DNA of 64,000 nucleotides from a virus, in the IMG/VR virus record IMGVR_UViG_3300045988_078724, positions 31,033-95,032 of that record. One strand, written 5' to 3'. The translations under genes and the position numbers were made by a program. The notes below the pieces were generated by a model that searched no databases, was not told the origin of the DNA, and saw nothing but the letters and a program-made list of their open reading frames with translations. Position 1 is the stretch's first letter; each line of letters begins with the position of its first letter. Below are positions 10,304 through 18,763 of this stretch, piece by piece.

Positions 10304-11188
10304 ATGGATAAAGTTTCTGTTTTTGAAAGTTCGGATTTTGGAGAGCTTAGAATTATTGTAGATCCAAAAGGAGATGTTTGGTTTGTGGCGTCAGATGTGG
10401 CTAAATCTCTTGGATATATAAATGCTAAAGATGCGGTAAAAAGACATGTAGATGATGATGATTCTATGCTTTTGCAAGTATCTGATAATCAATGGGGCGT
10501 AAAACGATCTATATTGAAAACCAGATATATAGATAGTATAAGAATAATTAATGAATCTGGTTTATATTCTCTTATATTATCTTCAAAATTAGAGTCTGCT
10601 AAGAGATTTAAGAAATGGGTAACATCTGAGGTTCTTCCTTCTATTCGTAAAACAGGAGAATATAAAACAAGTTCCGGTGGAAAGGGAATTTTGGTCCCTG
10701 ACTTTTCTAATCCGGCAGATGCAGCAAGAGCCTGGGCTGATCAATATGAAGCTGCTCAAAAAGCTATAGCCGAAAAGTCGCAGGCAGAGGCAGAGAAGCA
10801 ACAAGCTTTGAAAACAATAGAAGAACACAAGCCCGATGTAGAATTTGCCGAGTCTTTTAGGAAAGTAGACCATAACAATATGTGGCTGATTCGTGATATT
10901 GCAAAGAAGTTAGAGCAAAATGGTGTTATTATTGCTGAAAAGAATCTTCGCTCATTCCTTGAAGAAGCTAAATTCATGTTTAGGAACGGTCTTGGCAAAT
11001 GGGAGCTATATAGCAATGTTGTAGTTAAAGGGTATGGAGTGTATAGGTCTTATTTCATAGATAAGTATTCTGGTGATAGAATCAATCAACAAACCATATA
11101 CATGACAGGCTCCGGATATGAAGTGACCTTAAATGGTATAAAAGGAAAACTCAAAAATGTGTTTCTAAAATATGGCAAGTTTGCTTAA
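10304..11188 (+). CDS. Bro-N domain protein / phage antirepressor-like
   Basis: N-terminus FGELRIIVDPKGDVWFVASDVAKSLGY matches the Bro-N (phage antirepressor N-terminal) signature. Confidence 0.65.
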   Translation: MDKVSVFESSDFGELRIIVDPKGDVWFVASDVAKSLGYINAKDAVKRHVDDDDSMLLQVSDNQWGVKRSILKTRYIDSIRIINESGLYSLILSSKLESAKRFKKWVTSEVLPSIRKTGEYKTSSGGKGILVPDFSNPADAARAWADQYEAAQKAIAEKSQAEAEKQQALKTIEEHKPDVEFAESFRKVDHNNMWLIRDIAKKLEQNGVIIAEKNLRSFLEEAKFMFRNGLGKWELYSNVVVKGYGVYRSYFIDKYSGDRINQQTIYMTGSGYEVTLNGIKGKLKNVFLKYGKFA

Positions 11189-11196
11189 GTTTATTT

Positions 11197-11240
11197 ACAG
11201 GTGGTGTTTTGAAAGAATAAAAAACACTACCTTTTTTTGT
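11197..11240 (+). terminator. rho-independent terminator
   Basis: ggtggtgtttt-gaaagaata-aaaacactacc stem followed by ttttttt. Confidence 0.55.
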
Positions 11241-11363
11241 TTCTGTTTTTGCTGAAAATATTTCTCTTCTATAAGAAATAAACACACCTATATTCCACCT
11301 TACAATCATGAACTTTGTTACGTGCTTCATGCACGTATGTTTAACAATTAAATACTATAAATT

Positions 11364-12095
11364 ATGGGTGGTGATAAAATCGTCCTTTTAGATGGAGCCG
11401 GGGCTAACGGCGGTGGTGCAGCAGCTACCAACGGTCTTCTTTCAATGATTCCCGGCATGTTTGCTAATTTGATAGGTGGTAATAAAATGGATCCTAATCT
11501 GGTGGCGGCTTTGATGAACGGTCGTAACAACCAGGACGGTTTCGGCGGGGCTAACGGTTGGTGGCTCTGGATAATTGTTTTGTTCTGGCTGTGGGGTGGA
11601 CGCGGCTTCGGTAACGGTTTTGGAAATGGCGGTGATTGTTGTGCCAATGGTTTGCCGGCTCAGTTGAATAACGATTACGGTCGTGAACTTTTGATGCAGG
11701 CAATTCAAGGTAATCGTAGCGCCATAGATCAGATTGCTTCTGCTTTGAACTGTTCTACTACTCAACTTCAAAACGCTATCTGCAACGTACAGGGTGCTAT
11801 TGATAAAGTAGCTGGTCAGGTAGGTATGACTTCTCAGGCTGTTATCAACGCAGTTCAACAACAAGGTTGTGAAATAGGAAATCAAATCAGCTCTTGCTGC
11901 TGCAATTTGAGTTCGTTGATCAATCAAAGCACTTGCCAGACTCAGGGAATGATTACTCAGCAAGGTTTTGATAACCAGCTTCGCACGTTGGAACAAACCA
12001 ATATCTTGCAGAACGGTCTCAACCAAGGTCTGGCTAACAATCGAGAGCAAGCTACAAGCCAATTCAATATCTTGTCTGCGAAACTTGACGCCTAA
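11364..12095 (+). CDS. Gly-rich membrane protein with Trp-rich TM segment and Q/N-rich, Cys-containing C-terminal half
   Basis: GAGANGGGAAATNG..GWWLWIIVLFWLWGGRGFGNGFGNGGDCC then QQQGCEIGNQISSCCCNLSSLINQSTCQTQ; antisense ORF 11442..12161 looks spurious. Confidence 0.5.
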   Translation: MGGDKIVLLDGAGANGGGAAATNGLLSMIPGMFANLIGGNKMDPNLVAALMNGRNNQDGFGGANGWWLWIIVLFWLWGGRGFGNGFGNGGDCCANGLPAQLNNDYGRELLMQAIQGNRSAIDQIASALNCSTTQLQNAICNVQGAIDKVAGQVGMTSQAVINAVQQQGCEIGNQISSCCCNLSSLINQSTCQTQGMITQQGFDNQLRTLEQTNILQNGLNQGLANNREQATSQFNILSAKLDA

Positions 12096-12101
12096 ACCGT
12101 T

Positions 12102-12374
12102 ATGATCAACGACAAATTCTGTCAGTTGGAAATGAGGGAAATGCAGAACACTATTGCTCAACTTCGTGAAGAAAAAGCGGCTTTGACAGCTTCGGCATTA
12201 TCTCAGCAACAAACCCAGAATATCGTTGGTCAATTACGTCCGACGGCCGTCCCGGCCTACCCCTCTTGTTCTCCTTACCAGGCTTATACTTGGGGACAGG
12301 TATTCGGAGGAGGTTGCTGCAATAACGGATGTGGATGTAACAACGGATGTTGCAATAACAACGCTGCTGTCTGA
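12102..12374 (+). CDS. small Q-rich protein with C-terminal Cys-Asn-Gly repeats
   Basis: ends GGGCCNNGCGCNNGCCNNNAAV; starts 6 nt after previous gene. Confidence 0.45.
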   Translation: MINDKFCQLEMREMQNTIAQLREEKAALTASALSQQQTQNIVGQLRPTAVPAYPSCSPYQAYTWGQVFGGGCCNNGCGCNNGCCNNNAAV

Positions 12375-12397
12375 TTTTATTAAGAAAGGAGGCTAAT

Positions 12398-12811
12398 ATG
12401 GCTTGTGTTTCTAAAATAGGATCGTTGTATGAGATGGTTACGAAGAATGTTATTGTCAGTACGACAAATACAGTCTTCGGTATTAACCCACGGGCTTGGA
12501 TCGCCCTTCCGTGTGAGGGTCTTATCCTTCTTAAGATAAGGCAAGTAGTCCCCACAGCCGGAAGTGCTCTACCGGTACAGATTGCGGTCCCGGCAAACAG
12601 CACAGTTTCAACAGTAGGAGCCGACACCTGTTGCCCGGTTACGGGAGTGAATGTCGTGAACCCTATTAACGTAGCTGTCACGGGTGCTGCTATGGTAAAT
12701 GGCACAGAACGCCTTCTGTACTTCAATAAAGTTCGTGGCGTGTTAAGATTAATGGATTGTTGTGTTCCGACAACAACAGCCCAGGCATCTGAAGTTAAAG
12801 CAGGTAAATGA
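12398..12811 (+). CDS. hypothetical protein (137 aa), Val/Thr-rich, Cys pairs
   Basis: ORF with plausible start context after aaggagg; followed by strong terminator. Confidence 0.5.
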   Translation: MACVSKIGSLYEMVTKNVIVSTTNTVFGINPRAWIALPCEGLILLKIRQVVPTAGSALPVQIAVPANSTVSTVGADTCCPVTGVNVVNPINVAVTGAAMVNGTERLLYFNKVRGVLRLMDCCVPTTTAQASEVKAGK

Positions 12812-12817
12812 TTTCAG

Positions 12818-12852
12818 TAGGGTGATGAAGATCATCACCCTATTTTCACCTA
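12818..12852 (+). terminator. rho-independent terminator
   Basis: agggtgatga-aga-tcatcaccct perfect 10-bp stem then attttcacc. Confidence 0.55.
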
Positions 12853-12861
12853 ACTAATATT

Positions 12862-13356
12862 TTGATCATGTTTTCAGATTTGAAGAAAGGGTTTCAGGTA
12901 CATACCCTTGATACTAATACAGTACCTAAATACGAATTGGGAAAGGTAGTAGCCGTATCCGAACCCAGGTATCTTCCTCCTCAGCCAGGTCAGTATCAGG
13001 CGATGCAGACCCGCGTGGTGGATCTGACGGTAGAGCTCACTGGCGAAACCAAGACCTATACGGTCCCGGAATCCCAGAATGTGGCTAAGGCTATGGGCAT
13101 AACATTATCTACCAGCATAGATCCGATTATGAACGAACTGAATGCTATAAAAAACACCAGTCAAGACATAATAAACAGCGTAGATGCCCATCGTGCCAAG
13201 ATAGAGGCTTGTGAATCTATATTAGAAGATATCAATCCGGCATTCAAGCAAACGAGAGAGCAGGATCGTAAAATAGCTGGTATAGAAAATAAGGTGAATG
13301 ACCTTACTGATTCATTCGAAGATTTAAAGAAGTTAATTGTAGAACGTTTGAAATAA
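12862..13356 (+). CDS. hypothetical protein (164 aa) with C-terminal coiled coil
   Basis: ORF; C-terminal heptad-like NELNAIKNTSQDIINSVDAHRAKIEACESILEDIN. Confidence 0.5.
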   Translation: MIMFSDLKKGFQVHTLDTNTVPKYELGKVVAVSEPRYLPPQPGQYQAMQTRVVDLTVELTGETKTYTVPESQNVAKAMGITLSTSIDPIMNELNAIKNTSQDIINSVDAHRAKIEACESILEDINPAFKQTREQDRKIAGIENKVNDLTDSFEDLKKLIVERLK

Positions 13357-13363
13357 GTATAAT

Positions 13364-13732
13364 ATGATAGTATATGATTTAAATTCAGGACACAGAGAAT
13401 ATCCTGGATATGACGAGATAGAAGACAGACGAGGTGGAGGCAGAGGCAGAAGCCGGCGTTCTGATGGGACGTACATGGGGTATGGTGGTGGTATTTACGA
13501 CCATTACGGTATGCATGAGAAGATGAAGGAAATGGAAGAGCGCGAAAACGAGCTGGAAGAAAGGGAAAGAAGGCTCGAAGAGCGCGAACGTCGTCATGAA
13601 ATGGAGGACCGGGAATACCGGAGGATGGGTTACGAATCCTACCCGACCGATTACTATGGAGACGACAGATACTACGGTGACGGACCTCAGATGCGTAGAG
13701 GTCGCGGACGTGGCAGAGGTCGTTCTTATTGA
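13364..13732 (+). CDS. RGG/RG-rich low-complexity protein with central ER-repeat helix
   Basis: RRGGGRGRSRR ... ERENELEERERRLEERERRHEMEDREYRR ... RRGRGRGRGRSY; ends in TGA that is in frame with the next ORF. Confidence 0.5.
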   Translation: MIVYDLNSGHREYPGYDEIEDRRGGGRGRSRRSDGTYMGYGGGIYDHYGMHEKMKEMEERENELEERERRLEERERRHEMEDREYRRMGYESYPTDYYGDDRYYGDGPQMRRGRGRGRGRSY

Positions 13733-13825
13733 GGAGCAGACGCAGAGGATCCAGCTTATCAGAAATATGTAGATACTTACGGCTACCATTTTTCTAATGC
13801 TCTCGCTGATGAGGCGGTAAAGAAG

Positions 13826-14119
13826 ATGGTCAACGTCGATGGATCCAAGAGGATCTGGAAGCAGCCGGAAATAAAAGATATTTTTGAAAAGTGCGGAGCG
13901 AAGAAGCCGGATAAAGCGACATGGGGCGATGTCCAATATGTCTTTGCAATGTACTATTCGGATGGTTTTCCGAAGGTCTTCAAATGTGAGAACGAGTTGG
14001 TGAAAGCTACGTTAATGTATTTGGATGATCCGGATGCTCCCGAAGGAGTAGCCTTTATAAGATGGCTTGCCGTGCAAGATTACCTCGGCGAAAAAATAAA
14101 CTGGAAGGATCTGACCTGA
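13826..14119 (+). CDS. hypothetical protein (97 aa); same frame as preceding gene across a single TGA
   Basis: ORF; the 31 codons between TGA (13730-13732) and this ATG are stop-free and protein-like. Confidence 0.4.
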   Translation: MVNVDGSKRIWKQPEIKDIFEKCGAKKPDKATWGDVQYVFAMYYSDGFPKVFKCENELVKATLMYLDDPDAPEGVAFIRWLAVQDYLGEKINWKDLT

Positions 14120-14277
14120 GATCCAGATCCAGGTCCTTCCGGTGGTGCGGGAGCCATAGTAAAAAATATGATTCCCGCATTCCCGTTTTTCCCGTTTGGA
14201 AAAAAAGGAATAAAAATATTATACCGGTCGGCGGGCAATAGAATACCCGTGGCCGGTTTGTTTCACAGAACTTTTTT

Positions 14278-14460
14278 TTGGATATGAATATAGCACACGA
14301 ATCTAAATCGAATAAAACCCCATTGTATTTAATAGGAGAGTTGATTGGCGTACCGAATACGGTTATGGACTCAGCATTGCATGAACTGAAAGATAGAATA
14401 GACAAAGACCCTAAATATAAAGATGTTAAAAATTGGCTCGAATCTTTACCCAAGATCTGA
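14278..14460 (+). CDS. hypothetical small protein (60 aa)
   Basis: ORF followed by strong terminator. Confidence 0.35.
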   Translation: MDMNIAHESKSNKTPLYLIGELIGVPNTVMDSALHELKDRIDKDPKYKDVKNWLESLPKI

Positions 14461-14489
14461 ACCTATTTTTTTTCAATACCAGGCCCGAT

Positions 14490-14525
14490 GCGATTTTAAC
14501 GTATCGGGTTTTTATTTTAAATCTA
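14490..14525 (+). terminator. rho-independent terminator
   Basis: cccgatgcg-attttaa-cgtatcggg 9-bp stem followed by tttttatttt. Confidence 0.6.
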
Positions 14526-14568
14526 ATTAATTCATGAATGTCGTACTTTTGTTGAAAAAGTATTCTAT

Positions 14569-14796
14569 ATGGAAAATAAGGAAGATTACGTTGGTTACGA
14601 AGATCAAGAACTGTGTAACCGGTATTACAAAGAGGCTGAAGCCATGAGGCAAAAGCAGGACTGGTCTCGGCTTAGGGCTGTCCCTGCTCCGGCCAAGGGA
14701 ACGCCATCGCCCGGCTGGGGTCAGCTTGGACGTGGAAATGATGTCCGTGTTAAGTACGTTAGCATCAATTCAGGATTAGGAGGGGACAGATTATGA
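14569..14796 (+). CDS. hypothetical small protein (75 aa)
   Basis: ORF; stop overlaps next start (ATGA). Confidence 0.35.
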   Translation: MENKEDYVGYEDQELCNRYYKEAEAMRQKQDWSRLRAVPAPAKGTPSPGWGQLGRGNDVRVKYVSINSGLGGDRL

Positions 14797-15008
14797 CTGT
14801 AGAAGAATTGGCTAATAAAAGATACAGTGGCGAATTTGTTTTCATGCTTGGTCATTTGGAAGGTATAACAAGATTCGTTTTTGAATGTTTTGATCCCAGA
14901 CCTGATCACGAAGGTAAAAATACTTATATGGTTTCCTATTTTGATAAGGGACTTCGTAGAAGAGATGTGGTAGATGTGCCATGTTATATGAATGTTTTAG
15001 CAAAATAA
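14793..15008 (+). CDS. hypothetical small protein (71 aa)
   Basis: ORF translationally coupled to previous. Confidence 0.4.
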   Translation: MTVEELANKRYSGEFVFMLGHLEGITRFVFECFDPRPDHEGKNTYMVSYFDKGLRRRDVVDVPCYMNVLAK

Positions 15009-15028
15009 ATTAAAATATTGTAAATATC

Positions 15029-15664
15029 GTGGTTAGAATCGCATATTTCGGAACCGATGGCTGCCCTGGTCATTACGCTATTCCGATACGAGGTAAATTC
15101 ACAGAAGAGGATATTAAGGTAATAGAATCTGTAGATTGTGATGATTTCTATAAGGTATTTGACGTCATGCGTTTTAAGATAGCTGAGTTTAAAGGATGGA
15201 CGATATTGGGGATCCCGGCAAGCTTAGACGATCATAGACCTGGAAGCAAAACCGTTATCTTCATAGAGGGTGAAGCTAACGAAGCTGATTTTATAGAAGT
15301 CACACAAGAGTATTCTTTTCTTAAAAATAAGGTAAAGAAACTTGCCGAATTGTATCATGATGGAGAATGGCTTGCGACTGGTAAATTGAATCAAGATCCG
15401 CCTACTAACAAGGAGCGGTTTCAATTTACGTTAGACAAGGATGATATTATTAACATGATTAGGGGAGTCGATTTAGATCCTTATTCTGATGTGGCGAATG
15501 AAATGGAGAAAATCGGATTGGGATCATCATCTGATTCTTCATATGAGGGTCCCACATGGTCTTGGTTTGTTAACAAAGTAGAACTTTGGCAGAAGAATAA
15601 TGTATGGGATAGTTTCTCCGCTGAGTTTTTGTGGGGTTTGTATTGTAGGATAAAGAAAGTATAG
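15029..15664 (+). CDS. hypothetical protein (211 aa), GTG start
   Basis: ORF; preceded by gtggttaga motif also found before 15711. Confidence 0.45.
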   Translation: MVRIAYFGTDGCPGHYAIPIRGKFTEEDIKVIESVDCDDFYKVFDVMRFKIAEFKGWTILGIPASLDDHRPGSKTVIFIEGEANEADFIEVTQEYSFLKNKVKKLAELYHDGEWLATGKLNQDPPTNKERFQFTLDKDDIINMIRGVDLDPYSDVANEMEKIGLGSSSDSSYEGPTWSWFVNKVELWQKNNVWDSFSAEFLWGLYCRIKKV

Positions 15665-15722
15665 TAACAATTAATTTAAAACAAATCATGGAATTAAAAG
15701 ATTTTAAAATGTGGTTAGAGTA

Positions 15723-16550
15723 ATGACAAAAGAAGAGTTCGAATCAACAATCGAAGAAGATATTAAATTCGTTGAGGGATTCAAGAATTTCTTAAAACAT
15801 GATGATGCCACGAGGATAGTAGAGCATATCAAGTCTGTGTTAGAAGCATCAGTAGATTACTACTATCCTAATCATCCTGAAGTAGAATTTGAAAAAGATT
15901 TTAATATACAATACGATGTCAATAATATCTTGAACAAATACGGCCACACCGAAATGGGTATGTATAAAATACAGCTCTATATAGAGAATATTTTGGGTAG
16001 TATTCAAAACAAGAAGCCTGTAGACGTGGGAGAAGTCTCTGACGGATACCACACTTTCAATGAATTGTATCGGTATCGCATGTTGTATAACGCTGCCTTC
16101 TTTAATCTATTAGCCAGAAGCGGACAGGTTGAAGTTTGCAAATCAAGGAGACACAGCGACGGAGAAAAATGCTTCGGTTCTGATGATTGGTTTATTGTGA
16201 TGGCGATCCTACCTACCGGTCAGGTATCTAATCACTATGAAAGCAAATACTGGGATTTGTTTGATGTTCCTGAAAGAGAAACCGCTTTCGAATACGATGG
16301 CCATACACCAAATGAAGCCTCCGACAGACTTGAAAAGTATCTCAAACTGCCTCGTCATGGCATGACATTCGAACAGGCTTTAGAACGGCTTAAATTAGGT
16401 CGTAAGATAAAAAGAATCGATTGGGGTAAAAAGTATATCTGTATGTTTGACGTAAATATATTGATGATAGATACAGGTCAAAAAGTAGCATCAAATTGGA
16501 ATCCAACCGAACATGATATTATGTCTAATGACTGGGAGATTGCGGGATGA
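15723..16550 (+). CDS. two-domain protein: unknown N-terminal domain fused to C-terminal DUF2829 / Tad2-like (Thoeris anti-defense 2-like) domain
   Basis: C-terminal ~80 aa MTFEQALERLKLGRKIKRIDWGKKYICMFD...ASNWNPTEHDIMSNDWEIAG matches the DUF2829 pattern (M.F.EAL..LK.GKK..R..W ... AS...D.LA.DWEI) as I recall it; ATG at 15723 preferred over listed GTG 15711. Confidence 0.5.
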   Translation: MTKEEFESTIEEDIKFVEGFKNFLKHDDATRIVEHIKSVLEASVDYYYPNHPEVEFEKDFNIQYDVNNILNKYGHTEMGMYKIQLYIENILGSIQNKKPVDVGEVSDGYHTFNELYRYRMLYNAAFFNLLARSGQVEVCKSRRHSDGEKCFGSDDWFIVMAILPTGQVSNHYESKYWDLFDVPERETAFEYDGHTPNEASDRLEKYLKLPRHGMTFEQALERLKLGRKIKRIDWGKKYICMFDVNILMIDTGQKVASNWNPTEHDIMSNDWEIAG

Positions 16551-16822
16551 GTTTGTTTGTATGTTCAAAGTGTGGCTGTATAGATAATACAGCCACATCA
16601 TGTTACTGGGCTATTATAAGACCTTGTAAGAATCGTATTTACGATAAGTCGCTAAAGGGATATGAAGGCAAGCCTCTTTGTTCTGAATGCGCCGCTATTG
16701 AATATGATAAGGATGATAAACTGGTGGTAGTTCCTGGAACGTGGCATGGTAAGTTCAAGAAAGAATGGCCTACTGAAGAAGAAAAGAAGCATATTGGTAA
16801 AAACGGTATTTTAAATATGTAA
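16547..16822 (+). CDS. zinc-ribbon protein (91 aa)
   Basis: CSKCGC ... CSEC cysteine pairs; start overlaps previous stop. Confidence 0.45.
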   Translation: MSLFVCSKCGCIDNTATSCYWAIIRPCKNRIYDKSLKGYEGKPLCSECAAIEYDKDDKLVVVPGTWHGKFKKEWPTEEEKKHIGKNGILNM

Positions 16823-16825
16823 ATT

Positions 16826-17131
16826 ATGTGTGATAAGGAAATTGTTGTATGCGCAGCTATATGGGTTCAAGATCACAAGAACAAGCCTCACGGTCCAGTA
16901 AATATACCATCCGGAACCGTATTTTGTGGATTGAGGCATTGTTCCATAATATCGCAACTTGCGGCATACGGTATAGCCCATAAAAACCGCAGTGTTCAAG
17001 GATTTTTGACAAGCAAGAACCGGTTTTTAACAAGAGAGGAAGCGTCTGAACTTGTTAGAAACAATAATCAGGAAATGGTAGTAGATAGGAGTGCCATTAG
17101 AGAACAGTTGTATTCAGAAGATTTGTATTAG
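16826..17131 (+). CDS. hypothetical protein (101 aa)
   Basis: ORF, conserved-looking core IVVCAAIW..GLRH..QGFLTS..RFLTREEA. Confidence 0.45.
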   Translation: MCDKEIVVCAAIWVQDHKNKPHGPVNIPSGTVFCGLRHCSIISQLAAYGIAHKNRSVQGFLTSKNRFLTREEASELVRNNNQEMVVDRSAIREQLYSEDLY

Positions 17132-17148
17132 TGTATTAAAATGTTTAA

Positions 17149-18339
17149 ATGAAACTTGTTGAAAGACATATAGTTAAAGACAACTGGTTTGAGGATATAT
17201 GCCTCAAATCTGGTTTGTTGTACAATTATGTTCTTTACAACATTCGTCAAGGAGTCTTTTCTGGTAACTACTTAAAGGAGTTTGATTTATCAAACAAACT
17301 TTGCAAAGAAAACCAATTTGATTTCAGGAATTTACCTAATCATGTTTCACAGCAGGTGATTAAACAGGTATTTAAAAACATAAAATCCTGGATGAGATTA
17401 AAGAAAGATTTTGAAAAGAATCCTTCGAAATACGGTAATCATCGTCCTCATCTTCCTTCGTATAAGAAGGGCAAGAAACAAAACATGGTTGTTTTTACTA
17501 ACTGTGATTGTAGGATAAAGGATGATGGTTATATCCATTTTGTCAAAAACACAATTAAACCGATCAAAACAAATGTAAAGAAAGATGAATTAAAACAAGT
17601 TAGAATCATACCTCAAGCCACCTGTTATGTAGTAGAGGTAGTTTATGAAAGAAAGGAAATTGATCTTGGTTTAGATAAAGACAATTTTCTTTCGATTGAT
17701 TTAGGATTGAATAATTTATGTTCATGTATTAGCAATGTAGGATTAATTCCTTTCATTGTAAACGGACGGATTATGAAATCATTTAATCAATGGTACAATA
17801 AGAAGAAAGCTAAGTTGATGTCTTTTGTTGGTGATAGAGGATCTTCAAATAGGATAAGAAGAATCACTTTGTTTAGAAATTGTTGGATAGAAGACAAGTT
17901 GCATAAGATAAGCAGATATATTGTCAACTTCTGTAGATCAAACAACATAGGAACAATCATCATCGGATTAAATAAGGAATGGAAACAGGAAATCAATATT
18001 GGTAGGCGAAATAACCAACATTTTGTTTCTATTCCTCATTCAAAGTTAATAGATAAGATTGTTTACAAAGCAAAGTTATTAGGAATCAATGTTGTTATTC
18101 ATGAAGAATCCTATACATCAAAGATAGATCATCTTGCTTTTGAACCTCTAAAGAAACAGGAATCCTACTTAGGAAAAAGAAAGAAACGTGGATTGTTTCA
18201 AAGTTCAATTGGAAAACTGATCAATGCAGATATTAATGGATCAATTGGAATAGCAAGAAAAGTAATTGGTGATTCTTTTATTGGAAAGATAATCGATAGT
18301 GGATTTGTGTTTAATCCAATTAGAGTAAATACTTTGTGA
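17149..18339 (+). CDS. tnpB: TnpB-like RNA-guided nuclease (IS200/IS605 OrfB family), 396 aa, diverged paralog of 6024..7286
   Basis: [10 protein letters not shown] (RuvC-I), [49 protein letters not shown] (RuvC-III); ~50% identity by eye to TnpB-1. Confidence 0.85.
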   Translation: [396 protein letters not shown]

Positions 18340-18412
18340 TACAAGGTTGAATCTAATAAATAAAATGAGTAATTTTAATAACATTTGTATTAACTAAAAA
18401 AAATAAAACAAT

Positions 18413-18763
18413 ATGGGATTTATAATCAGAAAGTCAATATTTTATGATATGATGGACGGCAATCAGTTAGAGTATGAATTTGACAACATAAATTTAGATC
18501 ATATCACATTTAAAGGTAATGGTAAAGAACCTTTTTCATTTAACAGAGTCCTTGTTGAAAATTTAATTGAGACATTTGAGACTATGCAAGATATATACTC
18601 TGATAATTACGGAATTAAGGTTTATACCGGTAATTGCATAATTCAACTGAATGTAAATCCAAAGAACTTAAGTGAATCCTTTTTTGACGTATATGATAGA
18701 GATGGGATGAAATTGATATATAGCATACAAAATAGTATCTTGAAAGAAATGTTTGTCATATGA
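18413..18763 (+). CDS. hypothetical protein (116 aa)
   Basis: ORF. Confidence 0.45.
   Translation: MGFIIRKSIFYDMMDGNQLEYEFDNINLDHITFKGNGKEPFSFNRVLVENLIETFETMQDIYSDNYGIKVYTGNCIIQLNVNPKNLSESFFDVYDRDGMKLIYSIQNSILKEMFVI

Noticed and set aside
11442-12161. 239-aa minus-strand ORF antisense to the Gly-rich gene
   Set aside because: Leu/Ser/Thr-rich low-complexity translation typical of the antisense of a G/Q/N-rich gene; the plus-strand ORF has the better start context and sits in the co-oriented block.
13385-13936. 183-aa minus-strand ORF overlapping the RGG-protein gene
   Set aside because: Antisense artefact of the GC/AG-rich repeats; lies within a uniformly plus-strand gene block.
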